Assembly: GCA_973895155.1 (NCBI GenBank)
Contig: OZ316896.1
Coordinates: 7,178,780 to 7,242,779, forward strand
Reading direction: 5' to 3'
Source of the DNA: Marsupella aquatica
Lineage: Eukaryota > Plantae > Marchantiophyta
Length of the DNA: 64,000 nt
The notes beneath the pieces were generated by a model. It was given only the letters and a program-made list of their open reading frames with translations. It was not told where the DNA came from and did not search any database. Numbering within the stretch: the first letter of the stretch is position 1; each line of letters starts with the position of its first letter. The translations under genes and the position numbers were made by a program. Shown here one piece after another: positions 11,391 through 19,561 of the stretch.

Positions 11391-12678
11391 TCGCCCACGC
11401 GGTTTACACTTAGAAAAAAATACATTTTTTTTTGGAAAAACAGCATTTTGGGGCGATTTTGGACCCCCCTCCAAAACTCACACATAAGTCCAAAAGGACT
11501 TCTGAGTAGCTCCACTGATTCTATGGACATAGGACTATGTCCGGGTTTACTAAGATATAAACAAAACCCTATAACAACTTTTCTAAAATTAGGCAAAGAG
11601 GGTCAAGTCTTTATGTCTTCCAAAATTCTTCTCAACTTTGAGATGCTCCCAAAAAGTAACCAAGTGTGACAAAGTTGTCCCACAAGTTTCTAGGGATAGA
11701 GGGGACCATACTTAACCCACTTCCAAACTTGGAACCCCTACATTTACCCATCAGCTATTTTTCCCGGGACCCGCTATTTGGTAACTTTGATTTTTGCCAA
11801 AATACTTATAACTCCTAGGTTAAGACCCCACTTGACTTCATACTTTTTCAGGGTTCCCTAGGGACCTCCCAGCACCCATGGGAGAAATATCAGCCAAAAA
11901 TAAGATGTCCGGTGTCGGGTCATTTTTCGGTCCCGACTTAGTCGCCTATTATAACTAAGGACGGACTAGTTTCCTGCCCCTCCTATAGTAACTTGCTTAC
12001 CCCTAGATAACTTTGCATAACTAAATTCCCTCTTACCTCTACTAAGCTTCCCTTCTTACTTAAGTGCCCTAAACCTAGCTACTCTGATAGCACTAAAACT
12101 TTTTCCCTAACTATTTCCTCTTCTAAACGAAAGAATGTCATGTTTCTCTACACTAGCTGACACTGAGCCATCCCACAACCCGAGAGGATGGAGGACTACC
12201 AAGTAGCCCCGGGGACCATGGCCTACGACCTGGTCCAGAAGTTTAGCCAGACTATGTCTGGGGAGTTGGCGACATACATCGGACAACAAGTCTCGGCGTA
12301 CTTTCAGCCAGCCTTCTTCATGTTAGAGCACCAACCACGGATCGTCAGCCGCTTGGAAGAAGAACTCATGGCGAAGGGGAATGAGATCGGGCGTCTCTAG
12401 ATGCTGGTAGAGCACCTCGAGGAGGAGGCAACGACCCGCCGCAAGGATTTAGTCCGCACTGTCGAACAGAGGGACGGACTAACCCAGGAGTTAAGCGGAG
12501 CGCAGGCCAAACTCAAGAAGCTGGATGACACCGTGCTTCAATTACGCTCAAAATCTTCGGCTCGGGTTACCAGCCTGACCGACCTCAACAAACAATTCCT
12601 GCAGGCAGCACAGCAGGTGGCTAGTCTCTCCGTCGAACGAGATAAATTGCTAGCGCAGGACCAGGTCCATCGCGACGC

Positions 12679-15600
12679 TATGATGCCTAGACAGGAATCA
12701 CTCGGCCGGTTAAGTGGGTAAAGCAGGAAGGCACCCTAGGAACACCTTAGTATAGTGACAAAACAAGGAAAATATAAACAATTAGGGGCAACCATGGAAC
12801 CCGGGCAGAGGCCGGAGGTAAGGCTGAGGGTGAAAACCCGATTAGGGTTAGGGCGCGTTAAGCGTCGGTGGCTAGGAAGGATCAACGGGAAGAAGGACGG
12901 GCAGAGGAGAGGGGTAAGGAGCGCTTTCAGGAGATGGTGGCTCATTTGCGAGCACGAACTAGGCAGACGACTACGGGAGGCCAACTACTGTCAGCTGCTT
13001 AGGCAAGCACTCGGGGAGAGAGTAGATACCGACGATCAACCTAAGGAGGGTATGAGCAACGTCAATCAAGCGGCACATTTCTGGGGATGCCTGTTCGAAC
13101 GGGCAACTGAGTACATCAAGACTTACGAGGACGAGGAGTCAGAAAGGGCAGCTCGAGAACGGCAGGAGCTCGCTCGATTGTGGGAGCTGCAGAAGACGGC
13201 TTTCTTAGGAGGCGAACTCATCAAGGACGAGTTCCTGTGGACGCCTACTTCCAATCAACTCGACGATCTTCTGTTTTGCAAAGACAACGTCGTCGGCATC
13301 CGAGAGGCCATCAAGAACTGCAACGACATACACTGGGAATTAAAGGGTAGCACGGAAAGGTGGACCCAGGCAACGGTGCTAGGAGAAACCTCCACGGCAG
13401 CAGAGATGAAGAGGAAGGGAGCCGTCAACGATGAAGCCACCCCGGCAAAAAGAACGAGGTCGGCGGCACCAAAGAAGCCAGCCGAGCAGCAGAGCAGGAG
13501 GCAGGGAGAAGCCGAAGAGGAGGAGGTCGATCCCATCAAGGCCATTCCAACCAGGGATGACACCTGGAAGGGCTGGGCGGCAACCCTACCGGTGGAGGTG
13601 CAACTACATTTTGCACGGGAGGAGGATGCATGCTTTACGGCCATGCAGACCAAGAAGTACCAAGGCTTCATGGCCGGATCCGGCTTGGAGGCCTTTGTAA
13701 GATTACCATGGCTGAAGCCGGAGGTACCGGAGTCAGACCTATTAGAATTCGTGGGGTCATGGGAACCCGAGACCAATTGCACGAGGATATATGGGAAGGA
13801 TTTCTATCTTACTCCCAAGGTAATTGCCGAAGTGTTTGGCTTGCCGATAGGCAATAAGACCAAAGTTGATACCAGGAAGACCTTGCCTGACAAGGAGTTC
13901 CGGTCGTTCCCCGGGCCATCAACGAAGAATGGCTTCTTCCGGAACACCTGCACCAACCCGCACATAGGAGAGATGATCGACTTCTTGCGGGTGACCATGC
14001 ATTGTAACTTGCCGAGGGCAGAGATCGGCAAGGCACAGGTCTATCTGGCAGAAAGGCCAGACCCAAGCCGGGACTACAACGGGTACCTCCTCAACCAATT
14101 GAAGAAGATCTTAAAGGAGGAGCAGCAGGTAATCGGCATGGGGAGCGTGTCGCGGCTTGGCTATCACATGCCGCTGTTGTGCCGGTATGCCAGAGGTCAG
14201 ACTTTTGCCCCGGTACTTCCCCTGCAGGTAAGGGCACCCGAGGAAGCTCCAACACCGAGGCCGTTGGCTGAGAAGCCTCAACCACCTGTTAGTCCTACGA
14301 TCGAGCAGGTGTTTAGGCCCAGGAAGGAAGACTTGCCGATGCAGCAACCAGGCATGCAGAGTCTGCTGAAACTACTGGAGAAAGAAAAGAAATCGGCATC
14401 GGCAACAACAACAACAACGGCAACGGCAACAATGCAGGACACTACTACAGAGGTAGGCCTACACCGGCTCACAAGAGAAAACCCCTTTGCTGGAGACAAG
14501 GAGAGAATCAGGCCGGAATCCAAGCCAGGTGTTCGAATGTACGTGGGAACCTCAAGCTCCGAATCTGAGGCAGAATTGCCTGAAGCTCCTACCGACGAAG
14601 AGGAGAGGGAGAAGCCGGACGTCCAAGAGGTAGAGGAGGCAGTGGAGGCCTGCAGCCATGATAATTCCGGCTATGGGTCGGACCATCACGTTCCAGGAGT
14701 AAGGACCTGTGGCCGGTTTGTCCCCACACTTCCAAGGGTAGTGCGAGGGGACCCCAACCAGCAGAGTAGCCCTGAGTCTCCCCCACCAGATGTTGCTCCC
14801 CCGAGCTTTGACGGCATAAAACAGACGGTGCAGGAATTTCAGGAGCGAATCAAGCAGGAGGAAGAGGCCGCCCTGGCTAAGGAAAAGGATTTACCAGGAG
14901 GAGATTGGCCGGAGGACATCAGGCGGCTAGCCGAAAAAGGAAGCAAACCTCTAGCCACGATTGAAGAGATCCGCAGGACGGCTTGGGAGCAGAGGCCACG
15001 ATGGGCGATGCCGATCACTTCTACTTACTCCACCTACGCTAAGAATAGAGCCATGGAGTATGGTGAGATGTGTGGGGAACTTGCGCTCGGCATCTTTGGA
15101 GAGGAGTTGGAGGTAGGACCCTTTTTCCATAGGGAGCAGTTGGAGAAGCACCAATTAGAAGAAGCGGTGGCTTTAGAGAGAAGCAAGAAGGACGAGGTCA
15201 TTCGGCGGCTTAGGAGGATGGGAGCCAAGATTGAAGATCTAAGGGCGGCCAAGAAAGCCCAAGATGAACTGCGGATTAAACGACATGAGCTGAACATCAT
15301 GCAGGGGCAGTTGGACGCCGCGCAGGCTGATAATCAGAATATCAAGGATAAACTGACTCAGACGCAGGAAGAGTTGGCCGACACGATCAAAGAGAGGGAA
15401 AAGTGGAAGCAAGAGCTGAAGAATACAGAGGAGGCCCACATAACAGCCAACAGCCGGGCCATGGCGGAGACCCAAAGAAAGGAATGGGCGTTGAAAGGGG
15501 AGCTCGAGAAAATCCGCGGAGCCCTTGAGCAGAAGGAGGTCGAGTTAGGGAAATCCTATCAAGGGATTATGGCGCTGCAGCAGGAGCTTGCGTCCCTGAC

Positions 15601-17320
15601 GGCCAGCTTCAAGGCCGACCTAAGGGAGAAGGACGAGATGCTCGAACAGACTTACGCCAAGATGAACCAGATGGAGTCTGTCATCATTGCAGAGCTCGAC
15701 AAGGAGCTAAGAGCAACCCAGGAGGAGAGGGCTACCTTGAAGAAGGAATTGGAGGAAGCCCACAGGGAGCAGGAGGAGGCCAAAAACGAGCTGGAGGGGG
15801 CACGTAAGGACCTGGATGAAACCCAAGAGGAGTTGGAGGAAATCACGAGGAAGATGGAGAACCTACAGCGGCGGGCCGACAACCAAACAGAGCGGCTGAA
15901 GAAACAAGCCGCAGTATTTAAATGCTTAGCTGCAGCAGGTCCATCTCCCGTTGGGACAAACCAGTTACCAGGGGTGGTAATTGCCGAAGGACAAGCCGCG
16001 CCACCTGCACCAGTGCCGGAAGTAAGTGGGAAGGGGAAGGGACCAGCTGCCGAGCCACCAACGAAGAAGAAGCGGAAACCTTCAGGGTCAAGGAGTAATA
16101 TGACTTCACAGGCCGTGGTGATCAAGGAGGTAGACCCAGCACCGACCCCAGACAGGGTCACGGCTAAGGATCCAACTACCCTAGGGGAAGGGGAGGCCAA
16201 AGCCGTGGGAGTGGCTGAGGCCGAAGCCGTGGGTATTGCCGAGGCCGGTGTCGAGGCTGAAGCCGAAGGTGGACCCAGTCAGGCCGATGGAGAGTTGACT
16301 CGGTCAAGGGCAGGTAATCTGTCAGTAGGCGGGCCAACGGCAGTGGCTGAGGAGGAAGTGTTGGGGGCGTCCATTGAGGATCCACCACCGGTGTCGTGAC
16401 GGTGCAAGGGCGCCGTTCCTTTTAGGGAGGGCGGACGTGGAGGGAGGAGGCATGAGTGGGCAGGGCGGGCACGGATCTCCACGTTTAGGATTAGGATCAG
16501 AACCAGGAACGGCCCTGACACTTAGCTTAGTGGGATTGCGGTCCCACTGGTAGGAGCAACACTTGTGCTCCTGCCTTGCTGTACATAGGTAGATTCGGGC
16601 AAGTAGATTACTGTTAAGTAGATTAGGCTTACGATGCAAAGAATGGCGGATCCACTACCAGGATAAGTACCTGGGTAGCGGGGAGCTCAGGGCCTCTTCT
16701 TTAGCAAGTTCTTAGTTTGCACCAGCCGGGCTGGGATCAAGTAGTACGAGAAGCTCTCGGTTAGTCATACAGTGACCCTTGTGTATATTCATGTTTCCTC
16801 ATGCCTAAGAGCTGAATAGAGTTGGCCTCACGGCTTAGTTCGCAGAACTTATGTATGAGATGTACTGTTTGTATGGCAAGTGCATGGTATGACTCAGTCA
16901 GAATGAGTCATTTTGCTATTTGTGTGTCGCATTAACTTGTGTGAAGAGTGCCCACATCAACAGAAGGAAGGAAAGTAAGCAGGGGAGTGAGAGTTGGATG
17001 TGTCGAGCTGAGAGAGGTCTTAGCGGCTTAACCAAGCCTATTGGGGATCATTCCGGCGGCGGAATCCAAACATACCTAACAAGACGGAGGGGAAGACAGG
17101 GGAAGACAGGGGAAGGCCTATATTAGGCCGGCTACGTATCTCATGACCCGATGAAGGATCTGTCCAGTATATGTGTGTAAAATGTTAATAGTAGTAGTAG
17201 AAGGTTAGCAGCGTCCCATGCCGCTAAGCCGCGAAAACAGCCTCGCCAAGCACGAAACCTGCGGGAATCGGCTTGAGCTGGGGGGTTTCTTGGGTTTAGG
17301 GAGCCATGGGACGCACCACA
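12679..17320 (+). repeat. Family B 5' LTR (4642 bp) containing a long ORF
   Basis: Starts TATGATGCC; the copies at 28206 and 39216 start TGTGATGCC and each directly follows a PPT. Ends GACGCACCACA, followed by a PBS. Confidence 0.9.
13052..16399 (+). CDS. Intact LTR-encoded protein of unknown function (~1115 aa from MSNVNQ; frame open from 12755): N-terminal domain, central retroelement accessory-type domain, Pro/Glu linker, long coiled coil, basic NLS-like motif
   Basis: Uninterrupted frame. The central motif LPW..EFVGSW...IYGKDFYLTPKVIAEVFGLP resembles plant retrotransposon extra-ORF domains (by eye). Also a heptad-rich E/K/L segment and KKKRKP. The start was chosen by alignment to the family C start MSHTILSSSAIQFW. 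Confidence 0.85.
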   Translation: MSNVNQAAHFWGCLFERATEYIKTYEDEESERAARERQELARLWELQKTAFLGGELIKDEFLWTPTSNQLDDLLFCKDNVVGIREAIKNCNDIHWELKGSTERWTQATVLGETSTAAEMKRKGAVNDEATPAKRTRSAAPKKPAEQQSRRQGEAEEEEVDPIKAIPTRDDTWKGWAATLPVEVQLHFAREEDACFTAMQTKKYQGFMAGSGLEAFVRLPWLKPEVPESDLLEFVGSWEPETNCTRIYGKDFYLTPKVIAEVFGLPIGNKTKVDTRKTLPDKEFRSFPGPSTKNGFFRNTCTNPHIGEMIDFLRVTMHCNLPRAEIGKAQVYLAERPDPSRDYNGYLLNQLKKILKEEQQVIGMGSVSRLGYHMPLLCRYARGQTFAPVLPLQVRAPEEAPTPRPLAEKPQPPVSPTIEQVFRPRKEDLPMQQPGMQSLLKLLEKEKKSASATTTTTATATMQDTTTEVGLHRLTRENPFAGDKERIRPESKPGVRMYVGTSSSESEAELPEAPTDEEEREKPDVQEVEEAVEACSHDNSGYGSDHHVPGVRTCGRFVPTLPRVVRGDPNQQSSPESPPPDVAPPSFDGIKQTVQEFQERIKQEEEAALAKEKDLPGGDWPEDIRRLAEKGSKPLATIEEIRRTAWEQRPRWAMPITSTYSTYAKNRAMEYGEMCGELALGIFGEELEVGPFFHREQLEKHQLEEAVALERSKKDEVIRRLRRMGAKIEDLRAAKKAQDELRIKRHELNIMQGQLDAAQADNQNIKDKLTQTQEELADTIKEREKWKQELKNTEEAHITANSRAMAETQRKEWALKGELEKIRGALEQKEVELGKSYQGIMALQQELASLTASFKADLREKDEMLEQTYAKMNQMESVIIAELDKELRATQEERATLKKELEEAHREQEEAKNELEGARKDLDETQEELEEITRKMENLQRRADNQTERLKKQAAVFKCLAAAGPSPVGTNQLPGVVIAEGQAAPPAPVPEVSGKGKGPAAEPPTKKKRKPSGSRSNMTSQAVVIKEVDPAPTPDRVTAKDPTTLGEGEAKAVGVAEAEAVGIAEAGVEAEAEGGPSQADGELTRSRAGNLSVGGPTAVAEEEVLGASIEDPPPVS

Positions 17321-17324
17321 TTTT

Positions 17325-17342
17325 TGGCGCTAGATGGAGGGG
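17325..17342 (+). promoter_or_regulatory. Primer-binding site, tRNA-Asn type
   Basis: TGGCGCTAGATGGAGGGG lies 4 nt after the LTR CA and resembles the Tat-type PBS TGGCGCTAGAAGGAGG. Confidence 0.8.
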
Positions 17343-17389
17343 GCATTTCTTAAGCCGTGAGATATGAAGTTAGAACGGAAGCGTAGGTA

Positions 17390-17833
17390 ATGACTGACCT
17401 TACGCCGAGGGAAGAAAGAGTGATTCAACGGGAGAGAGCTCGACTGCAGCAGCTCGCCGGGTGGCATGATACACAGCGACTGAGAGGGGCAGAAAGAGCT
17501 GGTAGCTCCGAAACTGGAAGTGGCATCGAAGAAGACATACCAGAAGAAGAGTCGGTAAGGAGAAGTGAGTCTCCAACCGACATGGGGGAACCAGAGGCAC
17601 GGCCAGACGAGAGGCCAGGGACCAGATTGAGCCAGCGGTCGCGCATACATTACAAGGCATTTCATGGGAGAGGAGATGAGGATCCGGACGAATGGGTGGA
17701 TGATTTCGAGGGAACCGCTGCAGCAAATGGAGAATCGGCCATCAAGATGCAGATTCTTCCCGGCCTGTTCAAGGGTGAGGCTAGGCCTTGGTACAGAGCC
17801 TTAGATGTGGAAGATCAAGCCATCTGGGTTTAG
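17390..17833 (+). pseudogene. gag: Truncated family B gag N-terminus
   Basis: YKAFHGRGDEDPDEWVDDF...GEARPW aligns with A gag YKTFHGKPKEDPDAWLEDF...GEARPW. Confidence 0.9.
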
Positions 17834-19561
17834 CGGCTTAACCAAGCCTATTGGGGATCATTCCGGCGGCGGAATCCAAACATACCTAACAAGACGGAGG
17901 GGAAGACAGGGGAAGACAAGGGAAGGCCTATATTAGGCCGGCTACGTATCTCATGACCCGATGAAGGATCTGTCCAGTATATGTGTGTAAAATGTTAATA
18001 GTAGTAGTAGAAGGTTAGCAGCGTCCCATGCCGCTAAGCCACGGAAACGGCCTCGCCAAACACGAAACCTGCGGGAATCGGCTTGAGCTGGGGGGTTTCT
18101 TGGGTTTAGGGAGCCATGGGACGCACCACAGACGCCATCGACCAGCTCAACTTGGAGGTGGCGCGGCTCCAGACTGAAGCCGATGAAGCTGCAAACGAGG
18201 CGGAGGAAGCATTACGGGACAACAAGGCTTTGCAGGACCACGTCACCCTGCTCGTCCTCCAGCGGGGAAAACCTGGGCCCACCTCTGATCAAGGTGGCTC
18301 GAGGTCTCGCCCCGACAAGGGGACCAGCCCTGGTCCAACCACTGCACACACGTAAGGGGTAGTTAGCAAAGGGTAGAAGCAGGCGCCGCGCGAGGCGGTT
18401 AAGTCAGCGGCATCTTTTAGTTAGGCGTAACGACAAAATGACTGTCATTAGGCGCCGATTAGCGGCAGTAGGAAGAATTAGGGCCGGTCAGTTAGGATCA
18501 GCCAACGTAGGATTGAGTCCATCAACGGACTAGAGTTTGTTAGTAGGCTTGGCCGCTGCCATTCCGGTTGGCACACTCGTCGTCAACGGTCAACCGGTCA
18601 GTGCAGCGCGACCAGTAGTCAACAGTTAGTTAGTCAGTAGGTAGTACCCCGAAAGGTAGTATCCTCCGGTTCTCTTCCGCTATGGTAGTATTTAGGCTTC
18701 CCCTTCCGCGATGGGAAGGGGGAGAAGGCTTAGTTATCTCAGCAGAAGAAAGGCGAGGCACGGGGAGTCTCGGCCTGAGTAGGGTCAGAGCGTACCAAGG
18801 AGTGAGAGCCAGAGTCGAGCTTGCTGGGCAAGTGCAAGGCAGGGCCTCGTAGAGACTGGGCATCGACTGCCGTTGGGCCTGCTGACCCCCTTTGAAGTCG
18901 AGTCAACCATGTAAACTGATGCTTCGCTGAGTAAATGTAGTCTTTTCCCCCTAATGTTTCTGAGAGTAACTGGTGTTGTGTGTATGCTTTGTCCGGGCAA
19001 AGGCGCCATTTTAAGGGACGTACCGGGTGCGGACTAATGGTAGGGATTGCCACTCATTGCATGTCACAAGTTCTTGTCACGTCGATGGCTTGAAAAGCCC
19101 CAAGTCGGGAGTTAGTCCGCGTCACTAACTGAGGGAAAATTCCAGCGGTGGAAAATAAATATACCTATGTCAAGTACGAATTATGCGAGTGTTATACCAG
19201 TAAGTATAGCGGCTTAGCCCGACTTAGGGCTATTGAAGGTCACTACACACCTCCTTGCCCAAACCCTCACCCCTACTGGTGGTCGAGGTCGCACCACGAC
19301 ACTAACCCGGATTTAAGGCCCAGGGTAGGGGTGCGACACCACTGCCTCTCCATCGTCGACTTCAGGAGTTGTATGGACGAGTCAACTTTCAAGATACAAA
19401 TCTCCCAGAAGCGGGTTTTTGGAGACTAGTGTATTGACGGCCATACTCTGCTTCCTATGCTCGGGCCCCAAAATCTCGGCTTCGGCTGAGGTCGTGGTGG
19501 CCTCGCTTCCTGAGGGGTTGATGGTAGGCATAATGGCTTCAGCTCCCTGCTTAGCTGGAGT

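Larger units (their letters stand above)
1..12177 (-). mobile_element. Family A Ty3/gypsy LTR retrotransposon, intact and very young (3' LTR runs off the window start)
   Basis: Direct repeats 1-2831 and 9347-12177 (offset 9346) flank a PBS, an uninterrupted gag-pol ORF and a PPT. The LTR has TG...CA ends. Domain order PR-RT-RH-INT is gypsy-type. Confidence 0.97.
8995..12177 (-). repeat. Family A 5' LTR (3183 bp)
   Basis: TGTGGG...GTTTGACA. Both ends are supported by the TSD-flanked solo LTRs at 47282-49206 and 52390-58826. Confidence 0.95.
12679..18130 (+). mobile_element. Family B gypsy element B1: full 5' LTR, PBS, start of gag, then a deletion into the last ~300 bp of the 3' LTR
   Basis: 5-bp TSD GACGC at 12674-12678 and 18131-18135. 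17831-18130 repeats 17021-17320. Confidence 0.9.
12178..18355 (+). pseudogene. C-terminal coiled-coil part of the family D LTR-encoded ORF, split by the B1 insertion (12178-12678 + 18136-18355)
   Basis: MEDYQVAPG...QDQVHRDA|IDQLNLEVARLQ...PTTAHT* is collinear with the minus-strand ORFs at 20555-21277. Confidence 0.8.
12178..19338 (+). mobile_element. Family D LTR-like unit (plus copy), interrupted by element A at its left and by element B1; ends GGTGCGACA
   Basis: 12178-12678 joins 18136 onward across the B1 TSD. It is homologous, in inverted orientation, to 19562-21277, and both copies end at the same GGTGCGACA. Confidence 0.75.

Noticed and set aside
1-12177. Segmental duplication or assembly artefact for the 2.8-kb repeat
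   Set aside because: The repeat has LTR termini with an adjacent PBS and PPT, and solo copies occur elsewhere with TSDs.
12755-16399. Host gene (myosin/SMC-like) or env gene
   Set aside because: It is intronless, present in four copies always inside the B LTR, and shows no evident signal peptide or transmembrane segment. The coiled-coil resemblance is generic.
17821-17840. B1 as the product of a spliced RNA
   Set aside because: The junction does not match an exact GT-AG join, and an RNA lacking the PPT and U3 could not regenerate the full 5' LTR. A post-insertion deletion is simpler.
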